Shown here: positions 9,366-17,217 of the stretch, piece after piece
How the letters are laid out: each line of letters starts with the position of its first letter
Position numbering within the stretch: the stretch's first letter is position 1
DNA from: an uncultured Erysipelotrichaceae bacterium
GTDB taxonomy: Bacteria; Bacillota_I; Bacilli_A; RF39; UBA660
Length of the DNA: 39,307 nucleotides
Direction of reading: 5' to 3'
NCBI GenBank assembly: GCA_902784095.1
Contig: CACZTK010000042.1
Coordinates: 1 to 39,307, forward strand
Translations under genes and position numbers: made by a program
The notes under the pieces: model-generated
The model's input: the letters and a program-made list of their open reading frames with translations, nothing else
What the model was told of the DNA's origin: nothing
Databases searched by the model: none

Positions 9366-9395
9366 TATAATGTATAGAATAGTGTATTTTTATAC
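9366..9395 (-). promoter_or_regulatory. Candidate forespore (sigma-G/sigma-F type) promoter of sspI
   Basis: The minus strand reads GTATA - 18 nt - CATTATA, matching the GnATR-N17/18-CATnnTA forespore consensus. The -10 ends about 20 nt before the ATG. Confidence 0.35.
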
Positions 9396-9513
9396 AAAAT
9401 ACTAGAAATATTTTTGGTTATATGATACAATAGCAACGAATTTTAGTGGAAGGGACTTGATAATATGGAAAAAGATTATTCTCAAGAAACAAGAAAAATA
9501 GTCACACATATTT

Positions 9514-10305
9514 ATGATACAATATTCTAAATATGTTGATTTTAGATATGGTATTTTAGATACAGATAAAAGAAAATACATTATACTATCAACACTGAAT
9601 TCTTCAGAAGAAGTTGCATATCAAATGATTCATACTTCTTATCAATATGTATGTTTAGCTTCGACAATAGCGATGATTAGAAATCAAATGTTTATAGATA
9701 CTTATAAAAGACTTAATTTGAATGAAAAGTTAGGCTCTATTTCTAAAGAATCTAAGAGTCATTTAGAAACACTTAGAAGTAATATAGATTATCAAAAAAG
9801 ATGGGAAATATCTAAAAATGTATACTCATCTATTGCGTCTATTATGCTAGAATCAGTATTTAATTATAAAAAAACATCAGTCTTTGAAAAAATCCTTCAA
9901 GTAAAGGCTTTAGAAACAAAAGATGTTGATGAATTATCAAAAAATAGTCCTTTTTTTGAACAAGAGTATAATAAGTATAATATTCCAATGACAAAAGAAT
10001 TTCTTGTTGATAGAATTGTTAGATTAAATAATGGAATATATAAAGAAAATAATGAAAAATCTTTAGATGAAGTTGTTAATTTTATTTTTGATTTATATAG
10101 AGTTAATAAGCAAGAAGGAGAGCCTTTAGTTGATAGTATTTTATTAGAAAAAACAGAGTTATCTCTTGAACAAGAAAACTCTGGTGATTTTATAGAAACT
10201 AAGTATAAAAAAGTGTATAAACAGGATATTAAAAGCATGTTAAAACAAATGATAAGTAGTGATGGTTTTAAAGAAAAACATAAAACTATTCATGAAAAAA
10301 AATAA
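9514..10305 (+). CDS. Hypothetical protein (263 aa), no recognisable motifs
   Basis: Long ORF with composition typical of the window. ATG 9514 has no obvious RBS. A 21-codon ORF with a good RBS (9465-9530) overlaps it in another frame, so the true 5' end is uncertain. Confidence 0.5.
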   Translation: MIQYSKYVDFRYGILDTDKRKYIILSTLNSSEEVAYQMIHTSYQYVCLASTIAMIRNQMFIDTYKRLNLNEKLGSISKESKSHLETLRSNIDYQKRWEISKNVYSSIASIMLESVFNYKKTSVFEKILQVKALETKDVDELSKNSPFFEQEYNKYNIPMTKEFLVDRIVRLNNGIYKENNEKSLDEVVNFIFDLYRVNKQEGEPLVDSILLEKTELSLEQENSGDFIETKYKKVYKQDIKSMLKQMISSDGFKEKHKTIHEKK

Positions 10306-10349
10306 ATATATAATTATGTATAGTGGACAATTTATTTTATTTATCTTGG

Positions 10350-10378
10350 TTGACAACAACATGTAATTGTAGTAAAAT
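10350..10378 (+). promoter_or_regulatory. Sigma-A promoter of the Wzz/BY-kinase/phosphatase operon
   Basis: Consensus TTGACA (10350-10355), 17-nt spacer, TAAAAT (10373-10378). Confidence 0.6.
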
Positions 10379-10402
10379 TTTTTATAGTCGGGAAGGTGTA
10401 TT

Positions 10403-11080
10403 ATGGAAGAAATTAATTTACAGGAATTATTAAAATTTTATATTTCAAAAATCAAATATATTGCATTAGCAGTAGAACTTTGTTTAATAGGAGGATTTAT
10501 TTATGTTCAATTTATTTTAACTCCTATGTATCATAGTTCAACAACGTTAATATTAGTTAGTGATACTTCACAACAAAACTCTGCAACTATTCAAAGTGAG
10601 GTAACTTTAAATAAGAACTTAGTTACTACATATAGTGAAATAGTAAAATCACGTGCGGTTTTAAATGAAGTTGTTGATGAATTAAAACTAAATGAAACTA
10701 GTGGATCATTACAAGGAAGAATTTCAGTTTCATCTGTAGAAGGAACAGAAATAATTAAGATCCAAGTATCAGATAAAGATAATGAACAAGCGCAAAAGAT
10801 TGCAAATACAACAGCTGAAGTATTTATGAAACAAGTAAAAAAAATATATAATTTAACTAATGTATCTACTATAGATAGTGCTAGTTTAGAAAAAACACCA
10901 TATAATATTCACTTAGTAAAACAACTTTTAATCTCAGCATTTATAGGATTAGTTGGTAGTATGGGTATAGTATTCTTATTCTTCTATTTTGATACTACTA
11001 TTAAATCAACAAAAGATATTGAAGATAAAATTGGTTTACCAGTAATCGGTAGTGTTCCAATTGTTAAGAGAGGAGAATAA
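10403..11080 (+). CDS. Wzz-domain tyrosine-kinase modulator (CpsC/CapA/TkmA-YwqC type)
   Basis: 225 aa with two terminal TM helices flanking a Wzz-like periplasmic segment. It lies immediately upstream of, and is coupled to, a CpsD-type kinase. Confidence 0.8.
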   Translation: MEEINLQELLKFYISKIKYIALAVELCLIGGFIYVQFILTPMYHSSTTLILVSDTSQQNSATIQSEVTLNKNLVTTYSEIVKSRAVLNEVVDELKLNETSGSLQGRISVSSVEGTEIIKIQVSDKDNEQAQKIANTTAEVFMKQVKKIYNLTNVSTIDSASLEKTPYNIHLVKQLLISAFIGLVGSMGIVFLFFYFDTTIKSTKDIEDKIGLPVIGSVPIVKRGE

Positions 11081-11082
11081 TT

Positions 11083-11766
11083 ATGAATAATAACACAGAG
11101 TTAATTGTTAATAATAATCCCAAATCACCATTTAGTGAAGCAATAAAATCAGTTCGTACAAACTTACAATTTTCCATGGTTAATCGTGATATAAAGACAA
11201 TTTTAGTTACATCTCCTGAACCAAGTGATGGAAAAAGTTTTGTATCAGCTAACTTAGCTGTAGCATTTACACAAGAAAATAAAAAAGTATTATTAATTGA
11301 TAGTGACTTAAGAAAAGGAAGACAACATAGATTATTTAAAGTTAGAAATGATAGAACAAAGGGATATTCAAATTTAATTGTTTCTTCTAAGACACAAGAT
11401 GTTATTGAAGATTTTATAATTCACACTGAAGTAAAGAAATTAGATTTATTACCATGTGGAGCTTTTCCACCTAATCCTTCAGAATTATTATCTTCTACTA
11501 ATAATAGAGAGTTAATTGAAAAATTAAGAAAAATGTATGATGTAATTATTCTTGATTGTGCACCTACATTAGGTCTTAATGATTCATTAGTAATGACAAA
11601 ACTATCAGACGTTAATATTGTTGTTGTTAGTAAAGGAAAATCAAAAATAGAGGTATTAGAACAAGTAAAAAATAACTTTGAAAAAGTTAATGCAAAAATT
11701 GATGGAGTAATATTAAATAAAGTAACGCAAAAAGATATGTCATACTATGGATATTATGGAGAATAA
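11083..11766 (+). CDS. BY-kinase (CpsD/CapB/PtkA-YwqD family protein-tyrosine kinase)
   Basis: Walker A TSPEPSDGKSFVSANLA, Walker A'-like LLIDSDLRKG, Walker B VIILDCAP, and a C-terminal tyrosine cluster SYYGYYGE. Confidence 0.85.
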   Translation: MNNNTELIVNNNPKSPFSEAIKSVRTNLQFSMVNRDIKTILVTSPEPSDGKSFVSANLAVAFTQENKKVLLIDSDLRKGRQHRLFKVRNDRTKGYSNLIVSSKTQDVIEDFIIHTEVKKLDLLPCGAFPPNPSELLSSTNNRELIEKLRKMYDVIILDCAPTLGLNDSLVMTKLSDVNIVVVSKGKSKIEVLEQVKNNFEKVNAKIDGVILNKVTQKDMSYYGYYGE

Positions 11767-11768
11767 TT

Positions 11769-12473
11769 ATGATTGATATGCATTCCCATATTCTTTATGG
11801 TATAGATGATGGTTCTAGAACAAGAGAAGAATCAATTGAGTTACTAAAGTTTTTAGAAAAACAGGGCGTTACAGAAAGCATTGTTACTCCACATTATATT
11901 GATGATACACAGTTTGTTGCATCTATTGAAAAGAAAAAAGAATTAATTAGGGATTTGCAAAAAGAAACAAATATAAAATTGTATATAGGAAATGAAGTTT
12001 ATTTTTCAGATAAGACTATTGAAAGTTTAAATAGTAAAAAATTGTCTACATTAAATGATTCTAAGTACATATTAATAGAATTTCCATTATCAAATAGAAT
12101 AAAAGATGTTGATGAAATGGTTTATGATTTGAGTACAAATGGAGTGATTCCAATTATTGCTCATCCTGAAAGATATTTATATGTTCAAGAAGATTATAAG
12201 TATTTAGATAAATTAGTAGAAATAGGAGCTTTGTTTCAAGTAAACTATGGAAGTATAATTGGAACATATGGATCTAAGGTTGAAAAGACTGCAAAGACAT
12301 TATTAAAGAAAGGATATATTTCTTTCTTAGGTTCTGATATTCATCGTATAGATAAGCCAATAGATTTAGAAAAAGCTATGAAAAAATTAAAAAAGATTGT
12401 TAAGAAACAAGAAATAGTTGATGACTTGACATATAATAATATTAAGAAAATAATAAATAATGAGAGTCTATAA
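11769..12473 (+). CDS. PHP-family protein-tyrosine phosphatase (CpsB/YwqE type)
   Basis: N-terminal MIDMHSHILYGIDDGS metal-binding motif, then TPH, AHPERY and GSDIH motifs. Confidence 0.85.
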   Translation: MIDMHSHILYGIDDGSRTREESIELLKFLEKQGVTESIVTPHYIDDTQFVASIEKKKELIRDLQKETNIKLYIGNEVYFSDKTIESLNSKKLSTLNDSKYILIEFPLSNRIKDVDEMVYDLSTNGVIPIIAHPERYLYVQEDYKYLDKLVEIGALFQVNYGSIIGTYGSKVEKTAKTLLKKGYISFLGSDIHRIDKPIDLEKAMKKLKKIVKKQEIVDDLTYNNIKKIINNESL

Positions 12474-12540
12474 TATAGATTCTTTTTTTTGTAAATTTTT
12501 GTCTAAATATTAGTATTTTAGACTATTCTTTACATATTTA

Positions 12541-12549
12541 TGATATAAT
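12541..12549 (+). promoter_or_regulatory. Extended -10 promoter candidate upstream of mraY
   Basis: TGATATAAT (TGn + TATAAT) 27 nt upstream of ATG 12576. The -35 is weak. Confidence 0.4.
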
Positions 12550-12575
12550 TATGAGTGAGAAATGGAGTGAAATTC

Positions 12576-13556
12576 ATGTTATTACTTACAAAAGCAATAT
12601 TTGCAATTATGATTGGTTTTTTAACATCATCAATACTAGGACTTATATTAGTACCAATATTAAAGAGAATAAAAGTACAACAAAAGATTAGTGTATTTGT
12701 TGGTGATGCTCATAGAAAGAAAGATGGTACTCCTACTATGGGAGGATTAATATTTATAATTCCAACGGTTGTTGCTATAGTGGGATTATTAATTACTCAT
12801 AAGATAGCATATACATCTAATTTAGGAATTGTTTTACTTGTTTTCTTGGGATATGCATTTATTGGTTTTTTAGATGATTTTTTATCAATTAAAAAGCATA
12901 ATAATGAGGGATTAACAACATATCAAAAATTATTTTTACAAGTTTTAATAGCAGTTGGTTTCTTTTACATATATATGCAAAATGGAGGACAAACAGCTTG
13001 GGTAGTTGGAACGCTTCACGTTGATGTTGAAATGGGTTGGTTATATGGTTTGTTTATATTATTAGTATTAGTTGGTTCATCAAATGCTGTTAATCTAACG
13101 GATGGATTAGATGGACTAGCAGGTGGATTATCTGCTATAGCTTTCGTTGCATTTAGTTTAATATCATTGATGGTAGGATTTGAAGATATTGGTATCTTTT
13201 CATTAATATTAGCTGGAAGTTTAATAGGATTTTTAGTATATAATTCTCATCCTGCTAAAGTATTTATGGGTGATACAGGTTCCCTTGCTTTAGGTGGTGT
13301 TATGGGTGCAATTGCAATTCTTACACATCGTGAATTAACACTACTTGTTGTTGCGGGCGTATTTGTTGTAGAAACATTAAGTGTTATTATTCAAGTTTTT
13401 TGGGTACAAGTTTTACATAGAAAACTATTTTTAATGACTCCATTACATCACCATTTTGAAAAACTTGGATGGATTGAAACAGATATCGTTAAATTATTCT
13501 TAGTATTTGGGCTTATCTTAGCAATGGCTGGAATAATATTTGGAGTGTGGTTATGA
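12576..13556 (+). CDS. mraY: Phospho-N-acetylmuramoyl-pentapeptide transferase MraY
   Basis: Polytopic membrane protein with MraY motifs [41 protein letters not shown] and PLHHHFE. ATG 12576 (MLLLTK) is preferred over GTG 12555 because GGAGTGA lies just upstream. Confidence 0.93.
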   Translation: MLLLTKAIFAIMIGFLTSSILGLILVPILKRIKVQQKISVFVGDAHRKKDGTPTMGGLIFIIPTVVAIVGLLITHKIAYTSNLGIVLLVFLGYAFIGFLDDFLSIKKHNNEGLTTYQKLFLQVLIAVGFFYIYMQNGGQTAWVVGTLHVDVEMGWLYGLFILLVLVGSSNAVNLTDGLDGLAGGLSAIAFVAFSLISLMVGFEDIGIFSLILAGSLIGFLVYNSHPAKVFMGDTGSLALGGVMGAIAILTHRELTLLVVAGVFVVETLSVIIQVFWVQVLHRKLFLMTPLHHHFEKLGWIETDIVKLFLVFGLILAMAGIIFGVWL

Positions 13557-14239
13557 TAAAATTAGTATTAGTTAGACATGGACAAAGCATGTGGAATTTA
13601 GAAAACAAATTCACTGGTTGGACAGATGTTGAGTTATCAGAACAAGGAGTAAAAGAGGCAATTGAAGCAGGGAAAGCATTAAAAGAAAAAGGTTATAGTT
13701 TTGATATAGCGTATACATCAGTTTTAAAAAGAGCAAATGATACTTTAAAATATATTTTAGATGAAATGGATTTAGATATACCAGTATATAAAAGTTATAA
13801 ATTAAATGAAAGACATTATGGTGCATTACAAGGATTAAATAAAAAAGAAACTGGAGAAAAATATGGGGAAGAACAATTAAAGTTATGGAGAAGAAGTATG
13901 GATGTTAGACCTCCAGAACTTTCTAAAGATGATGCTAGATATCCAGGTAATGATCCAAAATATAAACAGTTAAGTGAAGATGAATTACCAACTACTGAGA
14001 ATTTAAGAGATACGATTAAAAGAGTAGTAGAGTATTGGAATTCTGATATAAGAGATAAGATTTTAAATAATAAGAAAATAATAATAGTAGCTCATGGTAA
14101 TAGTTTAAGAGGATTAATGAAGTATTTAGACAATATGAGTGATGAAGAAGTAATTAATTTAGAATTAGAAACAGGAAATCCTGTTTGTTATGAACTTGAT
14201 GAAAACTTAAAACCAATTAAACATTATTATGTAAAATAA
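13553..14239 (+). CDS. gpmA: 2,3-bisphosphoglycerate-dependent phosphoglycerate mutase
   Basis: [10 protein letters not shown] catalytic His motif, then ERHYGALQG and [10 protein letters not shown]. The ATG overlaps the mraY stop (ATGA). Confidence 0.92.
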   Translation: MIKLVLVRHGQSMWNLENKFTGWTDVELSEQGVKEAIEAGKALKEKGYSFDIAYTSVLKRANDTLKYILDEMDLDIPVYKSYKLNERHYGALQGLNKKETGEKYGEEQLKLWRRSMDVRPPELSKDDARYPGNDPKYKQLSEDELPTTENLRDTIKRVVEYWNSDIRDKILNNKKIIIVAHGNSLRGLMKYLDNMSDEEVINLELETGNPVCYELDENLKPIKHYYVK

Positions 14240-14266
14240 AAAGAAGGTTAACTTCTTTTTTTTATA
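14238..14266. terminator. Bidirectional terminator between convergent gpmA and the ZIP transporter gene
   Basis: AAAAGAAG / CTTCTTTT stem with a GTTAA loop, flanked by A- and T-runs. Confidence 0.75.
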
Positions 14267-15038
14267 AGGATAAATCCATTATCATCATGATTACAAAACC
14301 AATTAGTGTACAAAAAGCCATAAAATCTTTTTTCTTATTAGTTTGACTTTCAGGAATTAGTTCTTCAACTACAACATAAATCATTGCTCCAGCAGCAAAA
14401 GCAAGTAAATATGGAAGTAGCATTCTAGATTTTAATACCACGATTGCACCAATAAATCCTGAAATAGGTTCAACAATTCCACTTAATTGGCCATAGAAAA
14501 ATGCTTTTTTTCTAGAAAAACCCTCTCGTCTTAGAGGCAAGGAAATAGCCATGCCTTCTGGAAAGTTTTGTAAACCAATCCCAAAAGCTAACATACATGC
14601 AGTTGAAAATGTTGCTCCGTCTAAACCATATTTTAAAGAACCAAATGCAACACCAATAGCCATACCTTCAGGTATATTATGAAGAGTAATAGAAAAAATA
14701 AGCATTAGACATCTCTTTAAACTAGATGTTTTCTTATCATTCCTTTTTTCTTCTATTTTATCAAATACTTTATCACCAACAAATAAAAGAATTGCTCCCA
14801 ATAACACCCCAACTGATGCAACAATCCATCCAGTTAAATTAAGATTATTAGCCATTTCAATAGAAGGAGCAAGCAGAGAAAAAAATGCAGCAGCAATCAT
14901 AACGCCAGCAGCAAAGCCCAAAATAGCATCCATTACACTTTTATTTATTTTTTTAAAGAAGAATACAATACTTGCACCAAGCAGGGTAATAAACCAAGTA
15001 AATGTGGTGGCAATCAGTGCCATTATAGGATAATTCAT
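14262..15038 (-). CDS. zupT: ZIP-family divalent metal (zinc) transporter, ZupT-like
   Basis: Eight hydrophobic helices with LHNIPEGMAIG and LQNFPEGMAIS plus EELIPES, as in ZupT. Start set at MNYPIM (ATG 15038, GGAGGA 7 nt upstream) rather than the TTG at 15053, which lies inside the RBS. Confidence 0.8.
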   Translation of the reverse strand: MNYPIMALIATTFTWFITLLGASIVFFFKKINKSVMDAILGFAAGVMIAAAFFSLLAPSIEMANNLNLTGWIVASVGVLLGAILLFVGDKVFDKIEEKRNDKKTSSLKRCLMLIFSITLHNIPEGMAIGVAFGSLKYGLDGATFSTACMLAFGIGLQNFPEGMAISLPLRREGFSRKKAFFYGQLSGIVEPISGFIGAIVVLKSRMLLPYLLAFAAGAMIYVVVEELIPESQTNKKKDFMAFCTLIGFVIMMIMDLSL

Positions 15039-15096
15039 AATATAATCCTCCAATCTAGATTATATTATGCATATTGCTAAAGAAGGTGTGGGTGAA

Positions 15097-15125
15097 TTGA
15101 CAAATTTAGGTTTTTGTGGTATAAT
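15097..15125 (+). promoter_or_regulatory. Sigma-A promoter with extended -10
   Basis: TTGACA (15097-15102), 17-nt spacer ending TGG, TATAAT (15120-15125). Confidence 0.65.
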
Positions 15126-15151
15126 TATGCAAGTTTAAAGGGTGGTTGGAT

Positions 15152-15994
15152 ATGAATAAAAAGAAGAGAAATAATATAAAAAAGAAAGTTATGAGTTGTG
15201 CACTTGGTACTACTTTAGGTTTATCTGCCTTAGGTTTAATAAACTCATCTAATGACAAGAAATTACTAGGTAAACCTATGTCTATTGCAACGATGCAAGA
15301 TGATTATACATTAGAAACACCAGAAAATCTTGATAAACGTTTATATAAGTTAAAATATACTAGACAATGTTTACTAGCAATGTCTAAATATCAAGAAAAA
15401 AAGAAAACAGTATTAAATAATTATAAAAAATGTGAGACTATAGATGATATTTTAACAAGACAAAAAGAATTAGAAAGTTTAAAACTAACTGATGAAGATA
15501 AAATATATAAAGATTGTAAGGCATCACCGGAAATTCAACACTTCATTTATGAACAATCAATTGTAAATAATATTCCATTTGATTATTTAATGTCTATTAG
15601 TGATACTGAAACTAGAAGTATGTTTAATGCTAGTGGACTTGCTTCTTATAATCCTGATTCTAATACATATGATTTAGGTTATACTCAACAAAATTCAAAA
15701 GCATCATTGCCATTGTTTGCAGAAAAGTATAATGTTAGTTATGATGAAGCATGGAATCTTTTACTAAATAATGATTATGCTAATGTATGTGCTGCATTTA
15801 TATTAATTGATGAAATAAATAAAAGACACACAGAATATGATCCATATGAATATGCTGGTTGCTATAATGGATGGTTAGGATGGAAGAATTATTCTACATC
15901 AAGAGAATATGTATATAATTATTTTACTGAAGCATATGATGAATCATATACAGAGCATCACACTATTGAAAAGAGTAAGACAAAGACAAAATAA
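15152..15994 (+). CDS. Exported lysozyme-like / SLT-domain (lytic transglycosylase-like) protein
   Basis: Signal/anchor sequence KKKVMSCALGTTLGLSALGL. The C-terminal region has a GH23-like pattern TETRS...(20 aa)...DLGYTQQN..., compare ES...D.GLMQIN. ATG 15152 is preferred over the TTG at 15146. Confidence 0.5.
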   Translation: MNKKKRNNIKKKVMSCALGTTLGLSALGLINSSNDKKLLGKPMSIATMQDDYTLETPENLDKRLYKLKYTRQCLLAMSKYQEKKKTVLNNYKKCETIDDILTRQKELESLKLTDEDKIYKDCKASPEIQHFIYEQSIVNNIPFDYLMSISDTETRSMFNASGLASYNPDSNTYDLGYTQQNSKASLPLFAEKYNVSYDEAWNLLLNNDYANVCAAFILIDEINKRHTEYDPYEYAGCYNGWLGWKNYSTSREYVYNYFTEAYDESYTEHHTIEKSKTKTK

Positions 15995-16046
15995 TAGCTA
16001 GGCAACTAGTTATTTTTTTTACCATTAAATAATAGAATTAAATAAG

Positions 16047-17144
16047 GTGATTCTATTGAAAAAGAATTTTGATATAATACTTTTTACTTCTATAGTTATA
16101 ATATCTATATTTGGACTTATGATGATATATTCGGCATCATCTATTTGGGCAGAATATAAGTTTAATGATAGTTTCTACTATTTTAAAAGACAACTAATAT
16201 TTATAGTAATAGGAATATTTCTAATGTTAAAAATATCAAAGATAGATTATATGGTTTATTATAATAATTCTAATAAAATATTATTAATATGTTTTATTTT
16301 ATTAATACTTGTTCTAATACCTGGTATTGGTAGTGTAAGAAATGGTAGTAGAAGTTGGTTTGGAATAGGAAGTCTAGGTATTCAACCAAGTGAAGCAGCA
16401 AAACTTTCCTTAATTATTTTTACAAGTAAATATTTATCGAAAAGTTCTAAGTTTATTAAGAGTTTTAAAGAGGGAGTACTTCCTATATTATTAGTTGTTT
16501 TTATTTTCTTTGGGCTTATTATGTTACAACCAGATTTAGGTACAGGACTTATTATCGTAGTATCAATTATTTCACTTCTTTTTATTTCAGGTGTAAATAT
16601 GAAATTTTTTATAGGAGGAGGAATACTAGGAATAATTGGAGTAATAATCTTAATTTTAATCGCACCATATAGAATGGATAGAATTACTTCGTTTGTTAAT
16701 CCTTGGAAAGATCCATTAGGTACTGGATTTCAAATTATACAATCGTTATATGCAATAGGTCCAGGTGGTTTACTTGGAACAGGATACTTAAAATCAATTC
16801 AAAAGCAGTTTTATTTACCAGAACCCCAAACAGATTTTATATTTTCAATTGTTAGTGAAGAATTTGGAATAGTAGGAGCAATATTTGTATCTTCTATGTT
16901 TTGTTTAATTATTTATAGAGGTTTAAAAATATCATTAAATTCAAATAACTCTTTTGCAAAATACTTATCTTTTGGAATGATATTTCAGTTAGCATTTCAA
17001 TCAATAATGAATTTAATGGTAGTAATTGGAATGATACCAGTAACAGGAGTTACTCTTCCTTTTCTTTCCTATGGAGGTTCATCGCTCTTAATAACTATGG
17101 CATCAATGGGAATTATTTTAAATATTTCTAGAAATAATACTTAA
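16047..17144 (+). CDS. SEDS-family peptidoglycan polymerase (FtsW/RodA/SpoVE)
   Basis: About 10 TM helices with family motifs GSRSWF..G.QPSEAAK, QPDLGT, PEPQTDFIFS and LPFLSYGGSS. The start is ambiguous between GTG 16047 and TTG 16056. Confidence 0.88.
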   Translation: MILLKKNFDIILFTSIVIISIFGLMMIYSASSIWAEYKFNDSFYYFKRQLIFIVIGIFLMLKISKIDYMVYYNNSNKILLICFILLILVLIPGIGSVRNGSRSWFGIGSLGIQPSEAAKLSLIIFTSKYLSKSSKFIKSFKEGVLPILLVVFIFFGLIMLQPDLGTGLIIVVSIISLLFISGVNMKFFIGGGILGIIGVIILILIAPYRMDRITSFVNPWKDPLGTGFQIIQSLYAIGPGGLLGTGYLKSIQKQFYLPEPQTDFIFSIVSEEFGIVGAIFVSSMFCLIIYRGLKISLNSNNSFAKYLSFGMIFQLAFQSIMNLMVVIGMIPVTGVTLPFLSYGGSSLLITMASMGIILNISRNNT

Positions 17145-17217
17145 TTGTAATAAATAAATTGACTAAAGATATAAAAATAATTATAATATACATCATGTAA
17201 TTAGTGGGGTGTTAATT

